Both the position numbers and the translations under genes were made by a program. From Escherichia phage D5505, in the sequence record MK327929.1: a stretch of DNA of 64,000 bases. The stretch is one strand, 5' to 3'. This document shows positions 1 through 9,833 of the stretch, in pieces. A model generated the notes under the pieces. It saw only the letters and a program-made list of their open reading frames with translations, ran no database searches and had not been told where the DNA came from. Positions within the stretch are counted from its first letter, which is position 1, and the number at the start of each line of letters is the position of its first letter.

Positions 1-413
1 TTCTGGCTTCAGTTGATACCGGCATTTCTTATGCTGCACAAGGTCTGGCTACTGGCTTTAACACTGATACTACCAAGTCAGTATTTGCTGGTGTTCTGGG
101 TGGTAAATACCGTGTATATATCGACCAGTATGCTAAACAGGATTATTTCACTGTAGGTTATAAAGGTCCGAACGAAATGGATGCTGGTATTTACTACGCT
201 CCATATGTAGCTCTGACTCCGCTGCGTGGTTCCGATCCGAAGAACTTCCAACCGGTAATGGGATTCAAAACTCGTTACGGTATCGGTATCAACCCATTTG
301 CAGAATCCGCTGCTCAGGCTCCGGCTTCTCGCATCCAGAGCGGTATGCCTTCTATTCTGAATAGCCTTGGTAAAAATGCTTACTTCCGCCGTGTATATGT
401 TAAAGGTATCTAA
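1..413 (+). CDS. 23: major capsid protein gp23, C-terminal part (5' end is upstream of the window)
   Basis: Frame open from window edge to TAA 411-413; translation ...GIYYAPYVALTPLRGSDPKNFQPVMGFKTRYGIGINPFAESAAQAPASRIQ... matches remembered T4 gp23 C-terminus. Confidence 0.85.
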   Translation, partial: LASVDTGISYAAQGLATGFNTDTTKSVFAGVLGGKYRVYIDQYAKQDYFTVGYKGPNEMDAGIYYAPYVALTPLRGSDPKNFQPVMGFKTRYGIGINPFAESAAQAPASRIQSGMPSILNSLGKNAYFRRVYVKGI

Positions 414-428
414 TCTTTGACGATTTAA

Positions 429-447
429 GGGACCTTCGGGTCCCTTT
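429..447 (+). terminator. stem-loop GGGACC-TTCG-GGTCCC followed by T-run, downstream of gene 23
   Basis: Perfect 6-bp GC stem with UUCG tetraloop and TTT seen in sequence. Confidence 0.5.
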
Positions 448-461
448 AGTTGTTTTTATGG

Positions 462-469
462 TATAAATA
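462..469 (+). promoter_or_regulatory. T4-type late promoter TATAAATA upstream of gene 24
   Basis: Exact TATAAATA about 28 nt upstream of the gene 24 ATG. Confidence 0.55.
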
Positions 470-496
470 AATCATATAAACCAAAAGGAAAGCGCA

Positions 497-1780
497 ATGG
501 CTAAAATCAACGAACTTCTGCGCGAATCAACCACAACGAATAGCAACTCAATCGGTCGCCCAAATCTCGTTGCTTTGACTCGCGCTACCACTAAATTAAT
601 ATATTCTGACATTGTAGCAACGCAAAGAACTAATCAACCTGTTGCTGCTTTTTATGGTATCAAATACCTTAACCCAGACAATGAATTTACATTTAAAACT
701 GGTGCTACTTATGCTGGCGAAGCTGGATATGTAGACCGAGAACAAATCACAGAATTAACGGAAGAGTCTAAATTAACTCTTAATAAAGGCGATTTATTCA
801 AATATAATAATATCGTTTATAAAGTATTAGAAGATACACCATTTGCTGATATTGAAGAAAGTGATTTAGAATTAGCTCTTCAGATTGCAATTGTTCTTTT
901 AAAGGTTCGTCTATTTTCTGACGCAGCGTCAACAAGCAAATTTGAAAGCTCTGATAGTGAAATTGCGGATGCTAGATTCCAGATTAATAAATGGCAAACC
1001 GCAGTTAAATCTCGTAAACTTAAAACTGGTATCACAGTTGAATTAGCACAAGATTTAGAAGCAAATGGATTCGATGCTCCTAATTTCTTGGAAGATTTGC
1101 TTGCAACTGAAATGGCAGATGAAATCAATAAAGATATTCTGCAGTCTTTGATTACAGTATCAAAACGTTATAAAGTTACAGGAATTACTGATACTGGATT
1201 CATTGATTTGAGTTATGCATCTGCACCTGAAGCTGGTCGTTCATTATACCGAATGGTATGTGAAATGGTTTCGCATATCCAAAAAGAATCAACTTATACA
1301 GCAACGTTTTGTGTTGCTTCAGCTCGTGCCGCTGCGATTCTTGCTGCATCTGGTTGGTTAAAACATAAACCAGAAGATGATAAATATCTTTCACAAAATG
1401 CCTACGGGTTCTTAGCTAATGGTTTACCGCTTTATTGCGATACTAACAGCCCATTAGATTATGTAATCGTTGGCGTAGTAGAAAATATCGGTGAAAAAGA
1501 AATTGTTGGATCAATTTTCTATGCTCCGTATACAGAAGGTCTTGACTTAGATGACCCTGAACATGTAGGTGCATTTAAAGTTGTAGTTGACCCAGAAAGT
1601 TTGCAGCCATCTATCGGTTTATTAGTTAGATATGCTTTATCAGCAAATCCTTACACTGTAGCAAAAGATGAAAAAGAAGCAAGAATAATTGATGGTGGAG
1701 ACATGGATAAAATGGCGGGTCGTTCAGATTTGTCTGTTTTATTAGGTGTTAAGCTACCAAAAATTATCGTTGATGAATAA
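497..1780 (+). CDS. 24: head vertex protein gp24
   Basis: 427-aa ORF directly after gene 23, gp23-like fold expected; length equals T4 gp24. Confidence 0.85.
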   Translation: MAKINELLRESTTTNSNSIGRPNLVALTRATTKLIYSDIVATQRTNQPVAAFYGIKYLNPDNEFTFKTGATYAGEAGYVDREQITELTEESKLTLNKGDLFKYNNIVYKVLEDTPFADIEESDLELALQIAIVLLKVRLFSDAASTSKFESSDSEIADARFQINKWQTAVKSRKLKTGITVELAQDLEANGFDAPNFLEDLLATEMADEINKDILQSLITVSKRYKVTGITDTGFIDLSYASAPEAGRSLYRMVCEMVSHIQKESTYTATFCVASARAAAILAASGWLKHKPEDDKYLSQNAYGFLANGLPLYCDTNSPLDYVIVGVVENIGEKEIVGSIFYAPYTEGLDLDDPEHVGAFKVVVDPESLQPSIGLLVRYALSANPYTVAKDEKEARIIDGGDMDKMAGRSDLSVLLGVKLPKIIVDE

Positions 1781-1786
1781 AACAAA

Positions 1787-1807
1787 GGGACCTTTCGGTC
1801 CCTTTTT
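1787..1807. terminator. bidirectional hairpin terminator between convergent genes 24 and rnlB
   Basis: GGGACC-TTTC-GGTCCC followed by TTTTT. Confidence 0.5.
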
Positions 1808-1809
1808 AT

Positions 1810-2814
1810 TTAACTTACCAATTCAATCCAAGCCGGACGAAGTACATCTTGTACCATTTTAACTAATTCCTTTTTAACCAAAGAAGGATTATCTGCTTGA
1901 GTTAGAGTAATACCTTCACGAGAAGTTTCTTCCAAAATATCTTGAACAGTTAGTCCCATCACCTTTCCAAAATCCTTCGGACCAATTTCACCAATTTTAG
2001 AAATAACGTTATTTACTCGGTTCAGTGTAACGTAGCAAGCTAAAATTCCCACCAATTTGTTATCAGCTTCTGATAGTTCAACTTTAGCTTTAATAGGCTT
2101 ATCAGACTTTTTCTTTTCACTAAATTTGGAATTCTTGCATTTGATGGCTACACGATTTCCATTATGAAGCCAAGAAGGATAACAAGGTTTCAATACATAT
2201 CCTTCAGCGGTAAATACTTCGCCTTTGGCTTCAGCTTTCCAAACACATTTGTTAGCGTCAACTAATCCAGCATGGTCTACTGTAAAATTATAATCTTGGA
2301 CGACAGAATCTAAATCATTTGGCAATTTAATAAGTTCTTCAAATTTACCACGACCTAAAAGTGGAGCCATTTTAAATTTAAATGTATTACAGAATGATTC
2401 CATCATATAATCATCGACATAAGTTACATCACCACTTTCTGTAGTGACAATAATGTCAAATACATAAAAATCTTTATCGCCATAATCGACATTCTTCTGA
2501 ATGCCAGGTCCAGCGAATTCGCCAAAGACTTGATAAGATACAACCGCTGAGGTTTCCATAATATCTTGTACTGCTTTAATAGAATCTTCGTAATTCTTTA
2601 GAATAATTTCATACCCAAAGAAATCTTCAGCAGGAAGAATCGGTCCAGTACGTTTAGCGCAAGTTACTTTATCACGCTCAATAATCAATGAGAAATTTGT
2701 GCCGTGAATCTTTTCACGAGCTACCCACTCCCCACCAGTCAATCCCAAGCTATAAAGTTTTTCAATAAATTTAGAGTTGTAATGATTTTCAAGACTGCTA
2801 TACTTTTTAAACAT
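1810..2814 (-). CDS. rnlB: RNA ligase 2 (Rnl2)
   Basis: 334 aa; N-terminal lysine nucleotidyltransferase motif EKIHGTN; position and length as T4 rnlB. Confidence 0.85.
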   Translation of the reverse strand: MFKKYSSLENHYNSKFIEKLYSLGLTGGEWVAREKIHGTNFSLIIERDKVTCAKRTGPILPAEDFFGYEIILKNYEDSIKAVQDIMETSAVVSYQVFGEFAGPGIQKNVDYGDKDFYVFDIIVTTESGDVTYVDDYMMESFCNTFKFKMAPLLGRGKFEELIKLPNDLDSVVQDYNFTVDHAGLVDANKCVWKAEAKGEVFTAEGYVLKPCYPSWLHNGNRVAIKCKNSKFSEKKKSDKPIKAKVELSEADNKLVGILACYVTLNRVNNVISKIGEIGPKDFGKVMGLTVQDILEETSREGITLTQADNPSLVKKELVKMVQDVLRPAWIELVS

Positions 2815-2823
2815 AATTAATCC

Positions 2824-3102
2824 TCAAAATGTAATTTCTAACCAATCACCATCACGCTGATCACTATTGACTTTAAAGCTGAATCCTTCTTTTCTCAGCC
2901 AATCACCAATTTCTTCAGTAATCAATTTATCACGAGCAATACAATAATAACTAAAATGTGTTTTACCTTGTTCAGCTGCTTTATTAGCAAGTTCCGAAAA
3001 ATCTTTAATAAAACACTCTAGCTTAAACTGTTTACTTTTAAGTGCTTTTTCGCGCAATTGATTAGCAAAAGATTCATTTTCATAAAGATCATACTGTTCC
3101 AT
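2824..3102 (-). CDS. hypothetical protein (T4 24.2 position)
   Basis: 92-aa ORF with ATG start, syntenic position. Confidence 0.5.
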   Translation of the reverse strand: MEQYDLYENESFANQLREKALKSKQFKLECFIKDFSELANKAAEQGKTHFSYYCIARDKLITEEIGDWLRKEGFSFKVNSDQRDGDWLEITF

Positions 3103-3304
3103 TTTTCACCTTTTTATTGATATGTCTTTTTCTATAGACGACTTTTTCTCGAGTTTCAAATTTATTTTTAGCAGTCATAGCTCGAGCCCATAATACAGCC
3201 ACTTCTTTTGCCTGTAAGTTTAATTCACGAGCAATTTCAATGAATGACTTTCCAGACTCATGAAGAGTAAACACCACAACCTCAGTTCTCATAATCAATC
3301 TCAT
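3089..3304 (-). CDS. hypothetical protein (T4 24.3 position)
   Basis: 71-aa ORF with ATG start, overlaps upstream gene end. Confidence 0.45.
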   Translation of the reverse strand: MRLIMRTEVVVFTLHESGKSFIEIARELNLQAKEVAVLWARAMTAKNKFETREKVVYRKRHINKKVKNGTV

Positions 3305-3372
3305 GTTATCGAGTTGATGCCATTATATACATCATTTTCTGAGTATGTTTTGTGTGCTTTCAAAATGAAGAA

Positions 3373-3388
3373 AGGGGCCGAAGCCCCT
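3373..3388 (-). terminator. hairpin GGGGC-CGAA-GCCCC downstream of hoc
   Basis: GC stem-loop next to T-rich run on the minus strand. Confidence 0.45.
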
Positions 3389-3417
3389 TATGATTATGAT
3401 TATGATTATGATTATGG
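3388..3417 (-). repeat. tandem hexanucleotide repeat (TCATAA)x4-5 at the hoc stop codon
   Basis: plus strand TTATGA x4 + TTATGG; on the coding strand gives TAA-TCA-TAA-TCA-TAA... in frame. Confidence 0.8.
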
Positions 3418-4542
3418 ATAGGTATAGATGATACCAGTTTCTAAAGCAGTTTTATGAATGATGTATCCATTACGCGATTCTTGAACATCAACTTCTGGAT
3501 AGTCTTTCATCATCTTCTGAAGAGTGTAACGATGTAGGTAATATTTACTATCTGGGTCGTCAGTTTTCCAATCTTTACCTTCTTCGGTCATTTTTTGGAT
3601 TTCATCCATAACCCACCAACCGCACCAGATATAAGCTGAAGTACGATGTGGAAGAGGATGAACATAAGGTAGTTCACCTTCTGGTTCTGGAGCAACTTTA
3701 TCAGTTACCTGAACTTGACCTTCTGCTGTAATAGTTTTGCTATCGTAATCAGTTGCAGTAACGACAGCAGTAACTTCAATAGTTTGACTTCCAACAGATG
3801 AGGTATCGACAGTATATACGTTAGTTGACCCTTCTACAGGAGAAGAATCTTTCTTCCATGAGTAAGTAATTTGTGCTTCTTCTGGAGCACCCGTAACATT
3901 AGCCGTAAATGTAGCCGAAGCATCTTGCTGAACATTAATAGAAGGAGGAGTCAATGTAACCTGTGGATTCATTGTCTTCTTATTAACTGTCAGTGATACT
4001 TCATTCGAAGTAACTTCCTTTGTATCATAATCTGTCGCGGTTACTTGAGCTACGCACTTAATTGTTTTAACTCCGATTGCGTCAGGAGTGTAATTGAATG
4101 TAGTGCTAGTTGCTTCGCCCACAGGAGAACCGTCAACGTACCATTGATACGTAGCGTTTGCACCTGATGGCTGTGAAGCTAAGGCAGCGGTAAATTCAAT
4201 TGGAGTTCCAATCACTCCAGCATCAGGGCTACCAGGAGTTACTGCCAAAGTAGTTGTTTGTGTCTTATTTTGAACTGTGATAGTTGTACTAATTTCAGCT
4301 GTTTCAGGTTCAGATTCTGCAACTTGATTGGTTGCAACTACTTTAATAGTCTTTTGACCGGCAGGTCCTTTTAGTACATAACTAAAAGTTGCTGACGTTT
4401 CTTCCTGTGGAGCGTCGTCTACAGTCCAAGCATATGTAATAGGTCCATCTCCAGTTTGACCACTGGGTGTAGCAGTAAACTGCTGAGTCTGATCTATAAC
4501 TCCAGTAGGTGTTTTAGGAATTATATCAACTGTAAAAGCCAT
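3412..4542 (-). CDS. hoc: Hoc, highly immunogenic outer capsid protein (Ig-like domains)
   Basis: 376 aa, repeated Ig-like segments (..YTWTVDD.., ..YQWYVDG.., ..YSWKKDS..); length and position as T4 hoc. Confidence 0.85.
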   Translation of the reverse strand: MAFTVDIIPKTPTGVIDQTQQFTATPSGQTGDGPITYAWTVDDAPQEETSATFSYVLKGPAGQKTIKVVATNQVAESEPETAEISTTITVQNKTQTTTLAVTPGSPDAGVIGTPIEFTAALASQPSGANATYQWYVDGSPVGEATSTTFNYTPDAIGVKTIKCVAQVTATDYDTKEVTSNEVSLTVNKKTMNPQVTLTPPSINVQQDASATFTANVTGAPEEAQITYSWKKDSSPVEGSTNVYTVDTSSVGSQTIEVTAVVTATDYDSKTITAEGQVQVTDKVAPEPEGELPYVHPLPHRTSAYIWCGWWVMDEIQKMTEEGKDWKTDDPDSKYYLHRYTLQKMMKDYPEVDVQESRNGYIIHKTALETGIIYTYP

Positions 4543-4551
4543 AAGTTATCC

Positions 4552-5232
4552 TTATTTTAATGTTACGAAAGAAGAATTACGTGTTTCACGAATTAGAACT
4601 GATCCGTCACGATTAATGTAGTAAATTAAGCTAAATAAAGTTTGGTGTGCCGACGCATGTTCAAAACTAGTTGGGTGAGATTTCCAATCAGGAGTTTCAG
4701 CAATCCATTGATAAATCCACCAAGGAACAGTGCAGAATCCTGGATTTTTTCCAATCAGCTGAAGATTCGGACTAAAGTTTTCCGGAAGAGTAAATACAGA
4801 CGGCTTTTCAGATTCAATAATCTCAGCTACAGCCTGTTCGAATTTTTCTTCAACAAAAGGAGTATCTTCAATTAAAACAGTGGTATTTTCAGGAATTTTA
4901 TCCGTTTCTACTACTTCAATTTTAATGTCAGATTTAACCGGAGAATCAATCAGAAGTGCTGCCTCTGGATTGACTTCTTCATCGTCATATTTTAATCCGT
5001 CTGCAGCATCAGCAGCATCAATTAAGTCTTTAATAGATAACCCATCAGTCTCTGGCATAGGTTCACTAGCGAGCTTCTGGAGGGCTTCTTCAATATCAGC
5101 AATGATATTATCAAAAGATTTATTCTTTTTGACCTTTATACCAAACTGCTCAGCATATTCAGCTAATTTAGCTTTAGCTTCTTTGTTATCATCAAGAGCC
5201 TTCAGCTCTGCAATATAATCTTTATCTATCAT
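4552..5232 (-). CDS. inh: Inh, inhibitor of prohead protease
   Basis: 226 aa acidic protein, position and length as T4 inh. Confidence 0.65.
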   Translation of the reverse strand: MIDKDYIAELKALDDNKEAKAKLAEYAEQFGIKVKKNKSFDNIIADIEEALQKLASEPMPETDGLSIKDLIDAADAADGLKYDDEEVNPEAALLIDSPVKSDIKIEVVETDKIPENTTVLIEDTPFVEEKFEQAVAEIIESEKPSVFTLPENFSPNLQLIGKNPGFCTVPWWIYQWIAETPDWKSHPTSFEHASAHQTLFSLIYYINRDGSVLIRETRNSSFVTLK

Positions 5233-5245
5233 AATATTTCCTCAG

Positions 5246-5253
5246 TATAAATA
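5246..5253 (+). promoter_or_regulatory. late promoter TATAAATA upstream of uvsW
   Basis: Exact TATAAATA about 30 nt upstream of the uvsW ATG. Confidence 0.5.
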
Positions 5254-5282
5254 TAGATATATTTATTACATGGTATTTAGAC

Positions 5283-6794
5283 ATGACTGACATTAAAGTA
5301 CATTTTTATGATTTTAGTCACGTGAGAATTGATTGTGAAGAAAGTACATTTCATGAACTCCGTGATTTCTTTAGCTTTGAAGCTGATGGGTATCGTTTTA
5401 ATCCGAAATACAAATATGGCCACTGGGATGGACGAATCCGTCTTTTAGATTATAATCGTCTTCTTCCATTCGGCTTAGTCGGGCAAATTAAAAAGTTCTG
5501 TGATAACTTTGGCTATAAAGCCTGGATTGACCCACAAATTAACGAAAAAGAAGAATTATCAAGAAAAGATTTTGATGAATGGCTTTCTAAATTAGAAATC
5601 TATTCAGGAAATAAAAGAATTGAACCGCACTGGTATCAAAAAGATGCAGTGTTCGAAGGATTAGTTAATCGTCGTAGAATTCTTAATCTTCCAACATCCG
5701 CTGGTAAATCGTTAATTCAAGCTTTGCTTGCGCGATATTATTTGGAAAATTATGAAGGTAAAATTCTTATCATTGTTCCAACAACTGCTCTAACAACTCA
5801 GATGGCTGATGACTTCGTTGACTATCGTTTATTCAGTCATGCAATGATAAAGAAAATTGGTGGCGGAGCATCAAAAGATGATAAATATAAAAATGATGCA
5901 CCAGTCGTTGTTGGTACATGGCAAACTGTAGTAAAACAACCGAAAGAATGGTTCTCACAGTTTGGAATGATGATGAATGATGAATGCCATCTTGCTACAG
6001 GAAAAAGTATTTCATCTATCATATCAGGTTTAAATAACTGCATGTTCAAATTTGGTCTATCTGGTTCATTACGTGATGGCAAAGCCAATATCATGCAGTA
6101 TGTTGGAATGTTTGGTGAAATATTTAAGCCAGTAACGACTTCTAAGTTAATGGAAGATGGACAAGTAACTGAGCTAAAAATTAATAGTATTTTTCTTCGC
6201 TATCCCGATGAGTTCACTACTAAATTAAAGGGAAAAACTTATCAAGAAGAAATAAAAATTATTACGGGGCTTAGTAAAAGAAATAAATGGATCGCTAAAT
6301 TGGCTATTAAGCTTGCACAAAAAGATGAAAACGCTTTTGTCATGTTTAAACATGTATCACATGGTAAAGCTATTTTCGATTTAATTAAAAATGAATACGA
6401 TAAAGTTTATTACGTATCAGGGGAAGTTGATACCGAAACCCGCAATATAATGAAAACCTTAGCTGAAAATGGTAAAGGAATAATTATAGTAGCTAGTTAT
6501 GGTGTATTTTCTACTGGTATTTCAGTTAAAAATCTGCATCACGTTGTTTTAGCGCACGGTGTTAAATCAAAAATCATTGTATTACAAACAATCGGTCGTG
6601 TATTACGTAAGCATGGTTCTAAAACAATCGCAACAGTCTGGGACCTCATAGATGACTGTGGTGTCAAGCCAAAATCTGCTAATACTAAAAAGAAATATGT
6701 TCACTTGAACTATCTTTTAAAACACGGCATTGATCGTATTCAGCGCTACGCAGATGAAAAATTTAATTACGTAATGAAAACAGTTAATTTATAA
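5283..6794 (+). CDS. uvsW: UvsW, SF2 RNA-DNA/DNA helicase
   Basis: 503 aa; Walker A PTSAGKS, DECH box (MMMNDECHLATG), helicase C-terminal motifs. Confidence 0.9.
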   Translation: MTDIKVHFYDFSHVRIDCEESTFHELRDFFSFEADGYRFNPKYKYGHWDGRIRLLDYNRLLPFGLVGQIKKFCDNFGYKAWIDPQINEKEELSRKDFDEWLSKLEIYSGNKRIEPHWYQKDAVFEGLVNRRRILNLPTSAGKSLIQALLARYYLENYEGKILIIVPTTALTTQMADDFVDYRLFSHAMIKKIGGGASKDDKYKNDAPVVVGTWQTVVKQPKEWFSQFGMMMNDECHLATGKSISSIISGLNNCMFKFGLSGSLRDGKANIMQYVGMFGEIFKPVTTSKLMEDGQVTELKINSIFLRYPDEFTTKLKGKTYQEEIKIITGLSKRNKWIAKLAIKLAQKDENAFVMFKHVSHGKAIFDLIKNEYDKVYYVSGEVDTETRNIMKTLAENGKGIIIVASYGVFSTGISVKNLHHVVLAHGVKSKIIVLQTIGRVLRKHGSKTIATVWDLIDDCGVKPKSANTKKKYVHLNYLLKHGIDRIQRYADEKFNYVMKTVNL

Positions 6795-6819
6795 GGGCTT
6801 CGGCCCTTTGGAGAAAAAG

Positions 6820-7050
6820 ATGTTACTAGAATTTAAACAATTTCTTTATGAAGCTTCTATTGATGAATTTATGGGTAAAATTGCCTCTTGTCAAACATTA
6901 GAAGGTTTAGAAGAACTTGAAGCTTATTATAAGAAAAGAGTTAAAGAAACTGAATTAAAAGATACTGATGACATCTCAGTCAGAGATGCTTTGGCAGGAA
7001 AAAGAGCTGAATTAGAAGATTCAGACGATGAAGTAGAAGAAAGCTTTTAA
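6820..7050 (+). CDS. uvsW.1: UvsW.1 small acidic protein
   Basis: 76 aa from the ATG with GGAG SD (track ORF begins at an upstream TTG); length as T4 UvsW.1. Confidence 0.6.
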   Translation: MLLEFKQFLYEASIDEFMGKIASCQTLEGLEELEAYYKKRVKETELKDTDDISVRDALAGKRAELEDSDDEVEESF

Positions 7051-7105
7051 ATTAAAAAAGGCCCAACCAAAAAGGAAGGGCCAAAACTATAGACTAAAGG
7101 TCACA

Positions 7106-7273
7106 CTATAGCAAAAGTTGCGTTTCATTTAATTGTTCTTCCGAACTTTCTGAAACTGGTAGTTCTTTAATGTAATTATAGCAAGGCCCAGGATGTACAG
7201 GACCTTTGTCTGTTTCAACAACCAATGCAGAATCGATTGGAGTTTTACAGACAACACAAATCTTATCTGACAT
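7106..7273 (-). CDS. small hypothetical protein (uvsY.-2 position), 55 aa
   Basis: ATG preceded by strong SD GAGGAG, not in the ORF track because under 60 aa; late promoter upstream. Confidence 0.5.
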   Translation of the reverse strand: MSDKICVVCKTPIDSALVVETDKGPVHPGPCYNYIKELPVSESSEEQLNETQLLL

Positions 7274-7298
7274 GATTGTCTCCTCTGAATTATATATC

Positions 7299-7306
7299 TA
7301 TTTATA
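7299..7306 (-). promoter_or_regulatory. late promoter TATAAATA (minus strand) upstream of the 55-aa ORF
   Basis: plus-strand TATTTATA = minus TATAAATA. Confidence 0.45.
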
Positions 7307-7526
7307 CAACTCTCATATGCATATCAATGCCCATATCTTTAGAATAAAAATATTCATCAAGATATCCGGCAAATTTTCCTTTAATATAAAGAACATCTTC
7401 ACCGCACGGGTGGTCGGCCAGGATACGAATATCCTGACGCTTGAGATTATACTTTTTCATTAAGAATTGAATTTCCGTTTCGAATTCTTCTTCATAATTA
7501 AAAGCATCATCAATGCTATATTTCAT
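7302..7526 (-). CDS. hypothetical protein (uvsY.-1 position)
   Basis: 74-aa ORF, stop overlaps uvsY. Confidence 0.5.
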   Translation of the reverse strand: MKYSIDDAFNYEEEFETEIQFLMKKYNLKRQDIRILADHPCGEDVLYIKGKFAGYLDEYFYSKDMGIDMHMRVV

Positions 7527-7939
7527 TATTTTCCAGCCTCAAATGCTCGCATGTCTTGAATATGCTTAATAGCAAATCCGCGTGATTTAATAGCATCAAG
7601 AGCTCCGCTACAGAAATCCAATAAAATTCCCCAATATTGTAATGAAGTATCAACTTTTAAAACATCCTTATCAGCTGATAGAACTGTCTTCATTTCTGAT
7701 TTCTCGTAACGATCCATACTAAATTCATCACCATCTCCTCGTCCCGAGTAGTAGTCTAATTTAGCTTTAAGAGCAACTTTTTTCTGTGCTTCAATTCTAA
7801 GCATTTCCTTTTTAATACTTGAATGCTTATTAAGCCATTTACTATATAACATCACATTATTAGCTGCTTCATACTGTAATTTAGTCGAATCTATAAACAC
7901 ATCTTTCTTCAATTCTTCTTGAAGATCTTCTAATCTCAT
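7526..7939 (-). CDS. uvsY: UvsY recombination mediator
   Basis: 137 aa, position and length as T4 uvsY. Confidence 0.85.
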   Translation of the reverse strand: MRLEDLQEELKKDVFIDSTKLQYEAANNVMLYSKWLNKHSSIKKEMLRIEAQKKVALKAKLDYYSGRGDGDEFSMDRYEKSEMKTVLSADKDVLKVDTSLQYWGILLDFCSGALDAIKSRGFAIKHIQDMRAFEAGK

Positions 7940-7979
7940 ATTGTTCTCTATTCAATTGTTATTGGATGGACTTAGATTC

Positions 7980-8008
7980 ATTATACCACGTTTATACGTG
8001 AAGCATTA
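7980..8008 (-). promoter_or_regulatory. MotA-dependent middle promoter of uvsY (oriF region in T4)
   Basis: minus strand TAATGCTTCA (MotA box) - 13 nt - TATAAT, overlapping the gene 25 stop. Confidence 0.55.
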
Positions 8009-8404
8009 TACTCTATTACTGGAAGCCAGTTGTAGTTTTATCTGCTCAATATCATCAGGGTTATCGATGACTGAAAAGCGTATTTCTACTATCAAAGTAT
8101 AATCATCATAAACCGGTATTACATTAACTGCTAATTTATCAATACGTGGCTCATAGTTTCTTACTGCGCTTTCGATATTACGCTCAACCGTGTCAGCAGT
8201 AAGAGGAGTCATATTCTCAAAAAGTTGGTCAGATAAATCGCATCCAAATTCAGGGTCAAACGGTCTTGAACCTTTTCTTGTTGTAATAATTCCTAAAAGA
8301 CTATTTTTAATTGACCTTAATCCAAGTGATCTTGAAACGTCTTTGTTCCAATCCATTTTCATCTCTGGGTCAATATCAGAATAAAGCTTATTAATATTTG
8401 CCAT
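8006..8404 (-). CDS. 25: baseplate wedge subunit gp25
   Basis: 132 aa, synteny and length as T4 gp25. Confidence 0.85.
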   Translation of the reverse strand: MANINKLYSDIDPEMKMDWNKDVSRSLGLRSIKNSLLGIITTRKGSRPFDPEFGCDLSDQLFENMTPLTADTVERNIESAVRNYEPRIDKLAVNVIPVYDDYTLIVEIRFSVIDNPDDIEQIKLQLASSNRV

Positions 8405-9030
8405 TACAATAGCTCAAAGAATTCTTTGAGTCCTCTTATTACATGAGCGTGAGTTTTTCCACACTCTGGACATTTAATTGGAACAGCCAAATAAACAGTA
8501 GGCTTTAAAAGCATATCTTTTATAGCTACAATATCTGACTCTGCGATGATAGAATATAAATCTTCCAGTTCTTTTTCATTTAAGTCTTCAACTGGAATGC
8601 TTTCACCGTTAGCATGAATCGTTTCTATACATGATACTATCATGTGGGCTATATTTTTATCATCAAAAATTTTAGGGTAATGGAATTTAATTTTAATGTC
8701 ACCCAGTGTATACCAGAGGTCTTCTGGTGCATCTATTTGTGTATGTAATAGATTTATATGGGTTGGTATTTCAGTTCCACAGGTGCACTTCCAGGAGTTT
8801 TCGTGATTAACTTCTCCAAGAGAATGCGCCCATAAATGAATCAGTAATAGTTCTGATTCTTGGCGGTTTAAATCTTTTGCATTTGTACAGTCTTTGATTA
8901 GCTTTTTAACAATCTCTTCTACTGAACCATTCTTTTTAGCAGTAATAAGTTCTAGATATTCTTTAAGAGTAAATGCGCGACAGTTGATTATTTTAGAACC
9001 AACTCTCACATCAAATTTGTATTCATACAT
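8404..9030 (-). CDS. 26: baseplate hub subunit gp26
   Basis: 208 aa, synteny. Confidence 0.8.
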   Translation of the reverse strand: MYEYKFDVRVGSKIINCRAFTLKEYLELITAKKNGSVEEIVKKLIKDCTNAKDLNRQESELLLIHLWAHSLGEVNHENSWKCTCGTEIPTHINLLHTQIDAPEDLWYTLGDIKIKFHYPKIFDDKNIAHMIVSCIETIHANGESIPVEDLNEKELEDLYSIIAESDIVAIKDMLLKPTVYLAVPIKCPECGKTHAHVIRGLKEFFELL

Positions 9031-9051
9031 ATTTAGCTCCTTTATTTATCA

Positions 9052-9063
9052 TATTTATAAATA
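9052..9063. promoter_or_regulatory. divergent overlapping late promoters for genes 26 (minus) and 51 (plus)
   Basis: TATTTATAAATA contains TATAAATA on both strands between divergent genes. Confidence 0.5.
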
Positions 9064-9080
9064 GAATAAAAGGAGCATCT

Positions 9081-9833
9081 ATGGCAAACATTATTCGTTG
9101 TAAATTACCAGATGGTGTTCATCGTTTTAAACCATTTACGGTAGAAGATTATCGAGATTTTTTGTTAGTTCGAAACGATATAGAACATCGGTCACCACAA
9201 GAACAAAAAGAAATAATTACTGATTTAATTGATGATTATTTTGGAGACTATCCGAAGACTTGGCAACCATTTATATTTTTGCAGGTATTTGTAGGTTCAA
9301 TAGGTAAAACTAAAGTACCAGTCACATTTGTATGTCCAAAATGTAAAAAAGAAAAGACAGTTCCATTTGAAATATATCAAAAAGAATTAAAGGAACCTAT
9401 TTTTGATGTAGCTAATGTTAAAATTAAATTAAATTTTCCTTCTGAGTTTTATGAAAATAAAGCAAAGATGATTACTGAAAATATTCATTCTGTTCAAGTA
9501 GATGAAATGTGGTATGATTGGAAGGAAATTAGTGAATCGAGTCAAATAGAACTTGTTGACGCCATCGAGATAGAAACATTAGAAAAAATTCTCGATGCAA
9601 TGAATCCTATTAATTTAACATTGCACATGTCGTGTTGTGATAAGTACATTAAAAAATACACTGATATAGTAGATGTGTTTAAGCTATTAGTTAATCCAGA
9701 TGAGATATTTACTTTTTATCAAATTAATCACACGCTTGTAAAAAGTAATTATAGCTTAAATTCAATAATGAAAATGATTCCTGCCGAGCGCGGATTCGTA
9801 TTAAAACTGATTGAGAAGGATAAACATCAATGA
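9081..9833 (+). CDS. 51: baseplate hub assembly catalyst gp51
   Basis: 250 aa, Cys-rich, synteny. Confidence 0.8.
   Translation: MANIIRCKLPDGVHRFKPFTVEDYRDFLLVRNDIEHRSPQEQKEIITDLIDDYFGDYPKTWQPFIFLQVFVGSIGKTKVPVTFVCPKCKKEKTVPFEIYQKELKEPIFDVANVKIKLNFPSEFYENKAKMITENIHSVQVDEMWYDWKEISESSQIELVDAIEIETLEKILDAMNPINLTLHMSCCDKYIKKYTDIVDVFKLLVNPDEIFTFYQINHTLVKSNYSLNSIMKMIPAERGFVLKLIEKDKHQ

Noticed and set aside
7206-7463. 85-aa plus-strand ORF from the six-frame track
   Set aside because: Lies antisense to the uvsY.-1/uvsY.-2 genes, has low-complexity translation and no SD; similar antisense track ORFs (880-1128, 4642-5218, 5837-6094, 8190-8384, 12619-12882, 18053-19311, 33485-33779, 41002-41616, 44161-44744, 50813-52873, 59099-60022, 63389-63932) were rejected for the same reason.
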